Below, one piece after another: positions 8,337 to 16,949 of a DNA stretch of 64,000 bases. The DNA comes from Trueperaceae bacterium (lineage in GTDB: Bacteria > Deinococcota > Deinococci > Deinococcales > Trueperaceae). The stretch spans positions 2,336,001-2,400,000 of the forward strand of contig OZ243927.1 of the NCBI GenBank assembly GCA_965213925.1, in the 5' to 3' direction. Below the pieces are notes generated by a model. The model was given only the letters and a program-made list of their open reading frames with translations. It was not told the origin of the DNA and searched no databases. Position 1 is the stretch's first letter; every line of letters begins with the position of its first letter. Made by a program: the position numbers and the translations under genes.

Positions 8337-11042
8337 CTAGGCGACCTTTTGAGGTGCAATATAGGGACCTAAAGGATCGGTCGCTAAAACCTCCTCAAGT
8401 GGCAGCGGTTTGGCGAAGAGGTAGCCCTGACCGTAGGCGCAGCGGAGGTTTTGGAGCGCGGCGCGCTGCGCCTCGGTCTCGATGCCCTCCGCGACGACCT
8501 CCAGATTTAGGCTTTGTGCGAGCGAAAGAATCGCGCGGATGATCTCTACGTTGGTCTCGTCCTCCTGCATCTGGTTGACGAAGCTCCGGTCGATTTTAAG
8601 GAGTTGAATCGGCAGGCTGTGCAGGTACGAGAGTGACGAGTAGCCCGTGCCGAAGTCGTCCATGACGGTCTGCACGCCCAGAGCTTGCAACCGCGCGAGG
8701 TGCGCCGTGGCGAGGTCGTGGTTTTCGATGATGGCGCTTTCTGTAACCTCGAGCTTGAGCTGCCGCGCCGACAGTCCCGTCTTGCTCAGCACCGTGCGAA
8801 CCTCTTCGACCAGCGTGGGCTGGACGAGCTGTTTGCTCGACAAGTTGACGCTGACGCTGACTTCGGATGGCAAGCGCGCCGCTGCGAGTTCACGGCACGC
8901 CTCGCGCAGCACCCACGCGCCGATATTCACGATCAAGCCCGACTCCTCCGCCACCGGGATGAATTCGGCGGGCGAGACGAATCCCTTGACCGGATGCTCC
9001 CAGCGGATGAGCGCCTCCAATGACATGAGCGCACCTGTCTCCAGAGAGAGGATCGGCTGATAGACCAGCCGGAACTCGCCGCGCTGCAGCGCGGCGCGCA
9101 GCTCGGTTTCGGTGCGCTGGTTCGCGGTCGCTTGTTCGTAGATCGTCTCGTCAAAGTGCAGATGAGGTTGCCCCAGCTCCTTCGCGCGGTACATGGCGAT
9201 GTCGGTATTTTCTAATACCACCTCGGCGTCCTCGTAGCCTTCCAAAGACGCCACCACGCCGATGCTCGCGCCCGTATAGACGGTGTGACCGTCCAGCTCA
9301 AAGGCGCGGCCCAACTCAGCCTCGATGCGCGCTAAGAGCGGCTCAACGTTGCTGATGTCCTCGAGCAAGAGGACGAATTCATCGCCGCCGATACGCGCCA
9401 CGAGGTCGCGGCTCCGCACGCACTCCTGAAGGCGCTTGGCGATTTCGATCAGGAGCAGGTCGCCTATCTTATGTCCTAACGAGTCGTTGATAACTTTGAA
9501 GCGGTTTAAGTCCATAAAGAGCACGGCGCACGTATACGCCGGAGTCTCCCCGCTCTTACACAGGGCGTGTTCCAAGCGCTCGGTCAAGAGGAGGCGGTTG
9601 GGCAGCCCCGTGAGTGCGTCGAAGACGCCGCGCTGAGTAATGTCCGTCAGCGACCCCGCCATGCGCACCGCGCGACCGTCCTCGCTGCGCACCGCGACAC
9701 CCCGCACCAACATCCAGCGGTAGCGCCCGTCTCGGTGTGCCATGCGCAGCTCGGTTTCGAACTGCTTGGTTTCGCCTTTTAAGTGCGCGATAAGCTGCGT
9801 ATGAACGCGCTCGCGGTCGTCGGAGTGCGCTAAGCCCGCCCAGAACTCGAGGCTGACCTCACCTTCTTCTAGCCCGAGCATCTCGGCGCAGCGCCCTGAG
9901 AGGGTCAGCTTGCGCGACGCTGTGTCCCAGTCCCACATGCCGTCGTTGGCTCCTCTGGCGGCGAGGGCGTAGCGCTCTTCCGAGTCGCGCAGCGCCCCGA
10001 AGGTCTCCTCTAGTGAAGCGAGTAGCCCGTTGATGTCGCTCGCCAAACGCGCGAGTTCATCCCTACCAATGAGGGTGATGCGCTCAGCGATGTTGCCGCT
10101 TTGAGCGATAAAGCTCACCTTACGGCTTAAAAAGGCGAGGCGTGAGAGCATCAGCCTCTCGACCAGCCCGAGCGCCAAGACGCTAAAGGTCAAGCTCACG
10201 ACGATCATCGTGACGATAAGAAGGCGCACGCTCAGGAGTCCTTGCTCGTAGAGCACGCGCGGGCTCTCGACCTGTAAGACCAGTGCGGGCTCCCCCGAGA
10301 GGTCACTGAGCGCGGTAAAGCCGACGATGGTGTCGCCCGCAGTTCGGCTATAGACCGGGCGCTCGCGAGTGTTCTTGTCCGCGGTGAAAAGTGTCTGCTC
10401 GAGCCCGTCCGTTTGAATAGAAGCGTCGAACGGCGTGAAGGCAACCGAGACGAGCGCCGCTTCTCCGAGCGCCGCCGCCCTCGCCTCGTTGAGGTAACGC
10501 ACCATAACAAACGCGCCTCGAGACGGTACCGTACCCTCGTTGTTAAGGATGGGGCTCGCCGCGACCAGCGCGTGACCCTCGGGTAAACGTACCAGACCGA
10601 CCTGAACCTCGCGCGCCGCGCTCTCAAAAAGCATCTCTTTCAAGAGCGCAACGGTGTCACCGCTAAGCGCCGCGACCTCTTGCGTATCCGTTGCACGCTC
10701 GCCGTGGAGGAGTGCGCCCTCCTCGTTAAAAAGCGCTAGGGCGTCCGCACCGAACGTGTTGAAGAAGTATAGACCTAGATTTTCGTCCAAATAGGTTTCG
10801 TGCTCACCGCCCGCGAAGGCGTACGTGTCGTTCCACTGCGCGTAGTCGACGACTGTCGTGCGCATCGCGCCGAGTGACGCACCAAAAGCGTGCAGTACCC
10901 GCGCCACATCTTCGTGCGCAGCTTGCGCCTCGAGCTGGGAGAAGTTGCGCAGCGACAGCGCCCAGACCGTCACTGAAAGCGTGACGACCAGGCCGACGAG
11001 CACCACAGCGATGGTGAGCGCGGTGCGGAGGCGTAAAGTCAC
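8337..11042 (-). CDS. CHASE4-HAMP-PAS-GGDEF-EAL diguanylate cyclase/phosphodiesterase
   Basis: DYAQWNDTYAF (CHASE4), DELARLA (HAMP), PAS (GANDGMWDWD), RSRD I-site, GGDEF, EAL, DDFGTGYSS; probable start GTG 11042 (ORF open to 11060). Confidence 0.92.
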   Translation of the reverse strand: MTLRLRTALTIAVVLVGLVVTLSVTVWALSLRNFSQLEAQAAHEDVARVLHAFGASLGAMRTTVVDYAQWNDTYAFAGGEHETYLDENLGLYFFNTFGADALALFNEEGALLHGERATDTQEVAALSGDTVALLKEMLFESAAREVQVGLVRLPEGHALVAASPILNNEGTVPSRGAFVMVRYLNEARAAALGEAALVSVAFTPFDASIQTDGLEQTLFTADKNTRERPVYSRTAGDTIVGFTALSDLSGEPALVLQVESPRVLYEQGLLSVRLLIVTMIVVSLTFSVLALGLVERLMLSRLAFLSRKVSFIAQSGNIAERITLIGRDELARLASDINGLLASLEETFGALRDSEERYALAARGANDGMWDWDTASRKLTLSGRCAEMLGLEEGEVSLEFWAGLAHSDDRERVHTQLIAHLKGETKQFETELRMAHRDGRYRWMLVRGVAVRSEDGRAVRMAGSLTDITQRGVFDALTGLPNRLLLTERLEHALCKSGETPAYTCAVLFMDLNRFKVINDSLGHKIGDLLLIEIAKRLQECVRSRDLVARIGGDEFVLLLEDISNVEPLLARIEAELGRAFELDGHTVYTGASIGVVASLEGYEDAEVVLENTDIAMYRAKELGQPHLHFDETIYEQATANQRTETELRAALQRGEFRLVYQPILSLETGALMSLEALIRWEHPVKGFVSPAEFIPVAEESGLIVNIGAWVLREACRELAAARLPSEVSVSVNLSSKQLVQPTLVEEVRTVLSKTGLSARQLKLEVTESAIIENHDLATAHLARLQALGVQTVMDDFGTGYSSLSYLHSLPIQLLKIDRSFVNQMQEDETNVEIIRAILSLAQSLNLEVVAEGIETEAQRAALQNLRCAYGQGYLFAKPLPLEEVLATDPLGPYIAPQKVA

Positions 11043-11180
11043 TGTCTGACACCTACGCAAACAGTGAAGCAGTTTTTAAGTGAGCCTTCCAAGGTTCGTC
11101 TTTGCACGTTTCGCATCACAGTTCTTCTCCTCGCTCCGTCCGTCTGTACCTCAACATAAGTACATGACCCGTCAAGGAGT

Positions 11181-11213
11181 AGCGTAGAGGAAGAGGTCTT
11201 ACGAAAGTCTTAC
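11181..11213 (-). promoter_or_regulatory. Promoter with GTAAGA-N5-GTAAGA direct repeat 10 bp upstream of a TACGCT -10 box
   Basis: Minus strand GTAAGA ctttc GTAAGA cctcttcctc TACGCT; same geometry at 51772-51804. Confidence 0.6.
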
Positions 11214-11299
11214 TTTTCTATTTTCAGCGACCACCCTAAGTTTTGGCGTTAAAATTACCTCTTGATCTGCAGCTTTCTCTCTCACAAGACTGCCACTCT

Positions 11300-11322
11300 T
11301 ATACCTTAAAATTTAAGGTATA
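11300..11322. promoter_or_regulatory. Perfect 11-1-11 palindrome, probable repressor operator
   Basis: TATACCTTAAA-A-TTTAAGGTATA, about 60 bp upstream of the VOC gene. Confidence 0.55.
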
Positions 11323-11380
11323 TGGGCTCGGGAAAGGTCTCGAAATCACACCCCATCGCAAAAGCGAAAGGCGGTAGGAG

Positions 11381-11758
11381 ATGGCAAACGCACTCAACTG
11401 GTTCGAGATTCCTGTGACCGATTTAGCTAGAGCCAAGGCGTTTTACGAGAAGGTCTTGGACACGGAGCTTACCGACGCGCAAGAGATGGACGAAAGCGGG
11501 ATGGAGATGGCGATGTTTCCAGCTAGCGATGGGGTCGGCGGCGGGCTCGTCAAAAGCGAGACGTGGCAGTATGTACCGAGCCGCACGGCGAGCCTCATCT
11601 ACTTAAACGGCGGCGATGACCTAAGTGTTCCTTTGAGCAAAGTAAAAGAGGCGGGGGGCGAGATTCTCGAGGAGAAGATGGACATCGGCGAAAACGGCTT
11701 TATCGCGCTGTTCGTGGATTCGGAAGGGAATAGGGTAGGGCTGCATTCGATGGGCTGA
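11381..11758 (+). CDS. VOC/glyoxalase family protein
   Basis: WFEIPVTDLARAKAFYEKV...FVDSEGNRVGLHS. Confidence 0.9.
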   Translation: MANALNWFEIPVTDLARAKAFYEKVLDTELTDAQEMDESGMEMAMFPASDGVGGGLVKSETWQYVPSRTASLIYLNGGDDLSVPLSKVKEAGGEILEEKMDIGENGFIALFVDSEGNRVGLHSMG

Positions 11759-11771
11759 AGGTTGATTTGAA

Positions 11772-11810
11772 GAGGGCGCAGGGGGAATCATCTCCTGCGC
11801 CCTCACTTTG
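11772..11810. terminator. Hairpin between convergent VOC and vapC genes
   Basis: gagggcgcagggg...ctcctgcgccctc. Confidence 0.6.
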
Positions 11811-11820
11811 CAGAGGATAG

Positions 11821-12249
11821 TTACAGGCTCGAGCCTAAACCGGGCTTACTAGCTCTACCGTCGGATAAGTAGGTCTTGTAGCGCTTAACATCTCTCGTCA
11901 AAAGGGGCAGCTTCTGAACCGCCGCCTGAGCCCCGATAAAAAAGTCTGGCAAGGTGGACGCCTTCGCGCCGCCCCGCCGCCTGTAGCTCAAAAACACCTT
12001 GCCCGCTAAAAAGAGGGCTTCTCTCGGCAGCGGCGCTATGCCTATAGAGGCAGTGCGTAACGACGCCTCGAGTTCCTCGATTCTTTCAAAGCTGATGGAA
12101 AGCTCTGTGTAGATGACCGGGTTGATCACGAGGTCGTGCGTTCGGGCGTAGCGGCTCAGCATCTGCTCGGACCAGGTAAACCAAACGGGGTCGTCCGAAA
12201 AGATGTCTAATAAAACGTTGCTGTCTACGAGCAGTTTAGGTTTCGCCAT
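11821..12249 (-). CDS. vapC: VapC PIN-domain toxin; C-terminus altered by an apparent +1 insertion
   Basis: LVDSNVLLD, E, LPDFFIGAQA, LLTRD; removing one base near 11866 restores YKTYFPTVELVSPV*. Confidence 0.88.
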   Translation of the reverse strand: MAKPKLLVDSNVLLDIFSDDPVWFTWSEQMLSRYARTHDLVINPVIYTELSISFERIEELEASLRTASIGIAPLPREALFLAGKVFLSYRRRGGAKASTLPDFFIGAQAAVQKLPLLTRDVKRYKTYLSDGRASKPGLGSSL

Positions 12250-12258
12250 CGTTGCGAG

Positions 12259-12498
12259 TCATGTCGTCATAGTGTCACGAGTCATAGTATTGCGGGTTAG
12301 TGCCATGATCTCGTCCGTGCTCATCGCCACCGTAGCGACGCCGCGCAACCTCTTGAACGGGGTGTCCTCATCCTCTTTCTTAACCAGTACGACGCGGTTC
12401 CCTTCGACGACAAACTCAACCTTGCTGAAGGGGGTGATGCCCAGCTTTTCGCGGATCGCTTGCGGAATAGTAACCTGTCCTTTACTGATGACGCGCAT
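12259..12498 (-). CDS. AbrB/MazE/SpoVT-family antitoxin
   Basis: MRVISKGQVTIPQAIREKLGI..VEF; directly upstream of vapC. Confidence 0.9.
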   Translation of the reverse strand: MRVISKGQVTIPQAIREKLGITPFSKVEFVVEGNRVVLVKKEDEDTPFKRLRGVATVAMSTDEIMALTRNTMTRDTMTT

Positions 12499-12518
12499 CC
12501 TTGTCCTCCTAAATTCAG

Positions 12519-12543
12519 AGTATTACTCTTACTAAGTATTACC
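12519..12543. promoter_or_regulatory. AGTATTAC direct repeat, probable autoregulatory operator of abrB-vapC
   Basis: agtattac-tcttacta-agtattac just upstream of the antitoxin SD. Confidence 0.4.
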
Positions 12544-12618
12544 AATATATCGTGTCTTTATGCGCATCTTTTGATTGTAGGCAGGCGATTTAGGGACCTC
12601 TCACGTTATAATCGAAAC

Positions 12619-12810
12619 ATGGAACGTATCGTTATTGACCCCGACATCTGCAACGGTCGCCCAACCGTCGAAGGAACGCGCGTCACAGTGAAGACGATTC
12701 TCGAGTTTCTAGGCGCAGGCGACTCTGTAGAGGATATTTTGAGCGAGTACCCGAGCCTTGCACGCGAAGACATCGAATCTCTCATTCCTAATGAGGCTTC
12801 TACCTCTTAG
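12619..12810 (+). pseudogene. DUF433 antitoxin-like protein, C-terminally truncated/diverged, no cognate PIN gene
   Basis: MERIVIDPDICNGRPTVEGTRVTV..ILEFL..EYPSLAREDI then loses the usual terminal helix; TATAAT-N6-ATG start. Confidence 0.6.
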
Positions 12811-12832
12811 CTTTTGTCGTTATACTCTTCTT

Positions 12833-13063
12833 ATGAGTCTCACCTATGTCACAGACCGTATCACCGTCAATCCTAAACAGTGTGGGGGCAAGCCTTGCAT
12901 TCGCGGGATGCGCATTCGGGTCATCGACGTTTTAGATTTGCTCGCTAACGGCTTGAGCGTTGATGATGTTTTGGCCGAATTTCCTAAGCTCGAGCGCGAG
13001 GATGTTCTAGCTGCTATTAAATACGCCAGAGACCAAGTCAATCACGTGGTACTTGCCGCTTGA
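12833..13063 (+). CDS. DUF433 family antitoxin (VapB45-like)
   Basis: RITVNPKQCGGKPCIRGMRIRV..FPKLEREDVLAAIKYA; TATACT-N6-ATG. Confidence 0.88.
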   Translation: MSLTYVTDRITVNPKQCGGKPCIRGMRIRVIDVLDLLANGLSVDDVLAEFPKLEREDVLAAIKYARDQVNHVVLAA

Positions 13064-13416
13064 AGCTCTGGCTCGACGCACACCTCTCTGCTCACCTTGC
13101 TCCTTGGATAAGTAAACGGTTTGCTGTAGACGCCTACTCTTTGGAATACCTCGAGCTTGATGAAGCGGAAGATGACGCAATTTTTAGTGCGGCGCGTGAG
13201 GCAGGCGCAAACGTCATGACCAAAGATGAAGACTTCGTCAGTTTGCAAAAGCGCCTTGGCGCACCGCCCAATCTTATTTGGATAACCTGTGGCAACACGT
13301 CTAACGTTTACCTGCGCAACGTGCTAAGTCAAACGCTCCGAGATGCGCTAGATGCACTGCTGGCTGGAAATACTCTTGTGGAGATAAGCGACGCAGTGAA
13401 GCCAAACGAGAGGTGA
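13060..13416 (+). CDS. DUF5615 PIN-like toxin (VapC45-like)
   Basis: MKLWLDAHLS, D..IF..A, MTKDEDF, PPNLIWITCGN; overlaps the DUF433 stop. Confidence 0.88.
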   Translation: MKLWLDAHLSAHLAPWISKRFAVDAYSLEYLELDEAEDDAIFSAAREAGANVMTKDEDFVSLQKRLGAPPNLIWITCGNTSNVYLRNVLSQTLRDALDALLAGNTLVEISDAVKPNER

Positions 13417-13629
13417 AATTTGAATCTTTGTACTCAGTTGTTGAGGAGGCTCGAGCCAAGCTGTGACTTCAACGTTCTTGTGCCCATTCAACCTTCGCTA
13501 AGTCCACACATTCTATGCGGCGGTTTTCTGGACAAAAATGTAATCGCATTTCGGCGGTGGTAAGCCTACTTTGTCGGTTTAACTTCTCTCTACAAAGCTA
13601 GAATTTCAAATTTTACATTTCAAAAGCAG

Positions 13630-14112
13630 GTGAGGTTGACATATGCTTATGTTTCGATGTCATCAGCACAGCAACCTACACGTACTGAACCCTCCACAAT
13701 TTTGCAGCCGTACCGAAAACAACTTGTACTCTTGGGACTTTTTATTTTCGTTCTTTGGCTACCCTTCCTGATAGGGTTTCGTAACGTTTCCGAGAATGTC
13801 AGGGACAACATTGAGGAGCAGCTAGAGACCTACATTGAAACTGGTACGAACCAGCCCTGGGTTTATCGGTATCCTGTAGCTTCAGGAGAGAGCAAAACCG
13901 ATATTCAGCTCTTAACCGTCCAAATTAAACCCGATCTTCTGAAGACCTTGACCCGCGGATGTAGCGACGTTCGAAGTTGCAATTCGCCCAATTTTTTTAA
14001 GCGTTGGTATAGGATTGATGCAACGTATCAAAGGAACGGCGTCACCTTTGAGAAAAAGTTCTATGCGATTCGCAAACCGAATATATACGTAGAGATTGTG
14101 GAGTACGATTGA
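13630..14112 (+). CDS. Hypothetical membrane-anchored protein (AT-rich)
   Basis: 160-aa ORF with one N-terminal TM helix; start uncertain. Confidence 0.55.
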   Translation: MRLTYAYVSMSSAQQPTRTEPSTILQPYRKQLVLLGLFIFVLWLPFLIGFRNVSENVRDNIEEQLETYIETGTNQPWVYRYPVASGESKTDIQLLTVQIKPDLLKTLTRGCSDVRSCNSPNFFKRWYRIDATYQRNGVTFEKKFYAIRKPNIYVEIVEYD

Positions 14113-14144
14113 CGCTCCGAACTCAGGTCACTTAGAACCTATGT

Positions 14145-16949
14145 TTAATCCCAATACACCACCGACCCCTCCGGCTTCTTACGCACCTTGAGCCTCGAGG
14201 GTAGCCGCTCGCTCAGCGCCGTCACGTGCGTCACCACGCCCACCATGCGCCCCTGTTCGGTCAGCGCCTCCAACACTTTCGCCACCGAATCTAACGTTTC
14301 AAGGTCGAGCGTCCCGAAGCCTTCATCCAAAAAGAGCGCCCCTAGCGTCGCGTTGCCCGCCACCGAGTCCGAAAGGGCGAGCGCCAGCGCCAAGCTCGCA
14401 ATGAACGTTTCCCCGCCCGAGAGTGTCTTGACGTTGCGAAGTTCGCCCGTGTGCCAAGCGTCTAAGACGTGATACTCGCTGTCTTTGAGGCGCAAGTCGT
14501 AGCGCCCTTCGGTGGCGTCGCGCAAAATTTGCGAAGCGCGAATCGCTAAGTCACTCTGAACGCGGGTCATGAGGTAGTCCTGAAACTGGTTGCCGCGCAG
14601 GTCTCCGTGGAGTTGGCGGTAGGTGTCGTAGTCACGCCCTAGGCGGGTGAGTTCTTTGCGGAGATGGGAGGCTCGCTCTAACTGCCCCTCCACGTGTTCA
14701 AGCTCCTTCGCCACACTGCCCAAGCGCTGCTGCACCTCATTCAAACCCTCTTCGGCGTCGCTGAGCTGAGTCTTGAGCGTTTTGTAAACCGCTTCGTCGA
14801 GCGTGCGTCCTCTAAGTTGCCCCTCCAACTCCTTCTGACGCTGCTCCATAGTGGCGCGTCGCGAGGAAAAGGTCTGAATCGCGTCCGCCAACCTCTTCTG
14901 CTCCGCGTCACTGAGCGCCGCCGCACGGACCGCTTCGGCGTTTCGAAAGTCGGCGTTCTCCAACGCCCTATTTAGCGAGGCCCCTGCCCCCACGACCTCT
15001 TCCTCTAACTCCTTTTGCCGCTCAGCGAGCGATTCGGCTTTGGTCGTGAGCTTGTCTAACTCGGTTTTTGCCCTAACCTGCGCCTCTTGCGCTCGTTTCA
15101 AATTCGTTTCAATCTGCTTGGTTTCCGCTGCAAGCTGCGCCGGGGCCCGTTCGGGATCTAAGCCGTTCGACTTCTCCACAACCTCTTGTGCCAAGCCTGC
15201 TAAGAGGTCTAAATGTTGAGTTTCCAAGTCTTTGACTAGGGTGTCTAGCTCGAGCCTTTCCGGGTCATCTATAAAGAGGTCAGCTAGCTCGAGCCGCTCT
15301 TTCTGGGCCTCTTGGAGCTGCCGCGCTGCTTTCTCGACCTCTCCTTGACGTTCTTTGAGGCGGGTTTCTCTAGCAGTTTTGAGGTTGGCTTGCGTCGTCA
15401 AAAAGGTTTCGCGGAGTGCCTCGAGCTTTGCCTGCGCTCTCTCCTTCGCCTCCGCTAGCGCCGTTAAGTCCACCTCATCCTCGCGCAGCTCAGGAAGCTG
15501 CTTGACCTCTTGCTCGCAGACGGGGCAGGCGTCGCCCTCGTGCAGATGCGGTCTGAGGGCGAGGGCTTGGTTTTCGACGACCGCTTGTTCGTAAGTTTTG
15601 GAGGCTTTCTCCGCGACCTCTTTCGCTGCTGTGCCTTCGGTTTTGAGCCTTTCTAGCTTCTCGCGCAACCTTGTGATCTCCGCCTCGGTTACCTTGACCG
15701 CTTTCTGCGCCGCCTCTAAAGACTTTGCGGCTTCCCTCTCACGCTGCACGGCTCGCTGCAAGCTCGGTACTTGCGCACGCTTGCTCTGTAAGGCGTCCCA
15801 CGCTTCATCCCAAAGTCCATCACCGTAAGGTCGCGCCGTGTCTCTTTCTGCGAGTTTCAAGGTTCCTTTTCGCGCCCTGAGCTGTTTGAGCAGAGGTTCC
15901 GCCGCTTTCAGCTCGCCGAGTTGGGTCTGAATTTCGGGGAGACGCGCCGCCTCTTCCTCCGCCGCTCCTAAAGAGGTCTCGGCGCGTTCGGCCTCTTGCC
16001 GCCGCGCGTCTAAAGCACCTTCTAACGTCTTAATGCTGCTCAAAACCCGCTCTAACTTGACCTCTTGTGCGGCTAGCGTCTCCAACTGCGGCATGAGTAG
16101 CGCCGCCCGTTTTGCTCGTTCCAACGCTTCCTTGTCGGCTTCGATTTGATTGGCTCGAGCCTCCAACCCCGCCAACTTCCGCGCCACCTCTTGGCGAGTA
16201 TCCAAAAGCGCCTTGACCTCTTCTAACCCTGCAAGTTCCGTCTGCGCCTCCTTGCGTAGCGCGCTTAAACGCTCGCGCTCGGTTTGCAACGAGGTCCGCT
16301 CGTTTTTCAAAGTACGAAGTTTATTGGGGGTTGCACCTTGGTAGTCTTGCTCGAGCCTGAGTTCAATCCCTTTTTGCTCCCTCTCGGCGTCACGGGCGCG
16401 TTGCCCCGCCTCCTTTTGCATCTTTTCTAGGCGGTCTAGTCCCAAGAGGTTGACGAGCAAGCGCCGCCGCTTCGAGGCGTCGCCGCGCAAAAAGGAGTCG
16501 AACGCGCCTTGCGGCAGCATCACCGCGCGGGTAAACGAGTCGTAGTCCAGCCCGACGATGCGCTCTAACGCCGCGCCCGCCTCTTTGATCTTCTCCGTTT
16601 CGGGGAGCTGCTTCCAGTTGCCGCCGCTCAGCTTTTCCACGCGCACCTGCGGCTCGACGCGGCTCGCCTTTTTAACGAGTGTGCGCGTGGCGCGGTAGGC
16701 GTGAGAGCCGACTTCGAACTCCAGACTCGCCAGCATCTGCTCCAAGCCGGGGCTTAAAAGCGCATCTAAGCCGCGCCCGCCTAAGCGCGGCGTCTGTCCG
16801 TAAAGCGTGTAGGTCAGCGCGTCTAAAATCGTGGATTTGCCCGAGCCTGTTGGTCCTTCGATGGCGAACAGCTCTAGCTCGTCGAAGTTGACTAAGGTCT
16901 CCTCGCGAAAGCAGGTGAAGCCGCTGAGCTGTAATCTAAGCGGTCTCAC
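14145..16949 (-). CDS. sbcC: SbcC SMC-like ATPase
   Basis: GPTGSGKST, CPVC hook, LSGGE, LFLDEGFGTLD, long coiled coil. Confidence 0.95.
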   Translation of the reverse strand: MRPLRLQLSGFTCFREETLVNFDELELFAIEGPTGSGKSTILDALTYTLYGQTPRLGGRGLDALLSPGLEQMLASLEFEVGSHAYRATRTLVKKASRVEPQVRVEKLSGGNWKQLPETEKIKEAGAALERIVGLDYDSFTRAVMLPQGAFDSFLRGDASKRRRLLVNLLGLDRLEKMQKEAGQRARDAEREQKGIELRLEQDYQGATPNKLRTLKNERTSLQTERERLSALRKEAQTELAGLEEVKALLDTRQEVARKLAGLEARANQIEADKEALERAKRAALLMPQLETLAAQEVKLERVLSSIKTLEGALDARRQEAERAETSLGAAEEEAARLPEIQTQLGELKAAEPLLKQLRARKGTLKLAERDTARPYGDGLWDEAWDALQSKRAQVPSLQRAVQREREAAKSLEAAQKAVKVTEAEITRLREKLERLKTEGTAAKEVAEKASKTYEQAVVENQALALRPHLHEGDACPVCEQEVKQLPELREDEVDLTALAEAKERAQAKLEALRETFLTTQANLKTARETRLKERQGEVEKAARQLQEAQKERLELADLFIDDPERLELDTLVKDLETQHLDLLAGLAQEVVEKSNGLDPERAPAQLAAETKQIETNLKRAQEAQVRAKTELDKLTTKAESLAERQKELEEEVVGAGASLNRALENADFRNAEAVRAAALSDAEQKRLADAIQTFSSRRATMEQRQKELEGQLRGRTLDEAVYKTLKTQLSDAEEGLNEVQQRLGSVAKELEHVEGQLERASHLRKELTRLGRDYDTYRQLHGDLRGNQFQDYLMTRVQSDLAIRASQILRDATEGRYDLRLKDSEYHVLDAWHTGELRNVKTLSGGETFIASLALALALSDSVAGNATLGALFLDEGFGTLDLETLDSVAKVLEALTEQGRMVGVVTHVTALSERLPSRLKVRKKPEGSVVYWD

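Noticed and set aside
12250..12298. Short tandem repeats at the antitoxin 3' end (RNTMT/RDTMT)
   Set aside because: Two to three degenerate 15-bp units; most likely local slippage, no evidence of function
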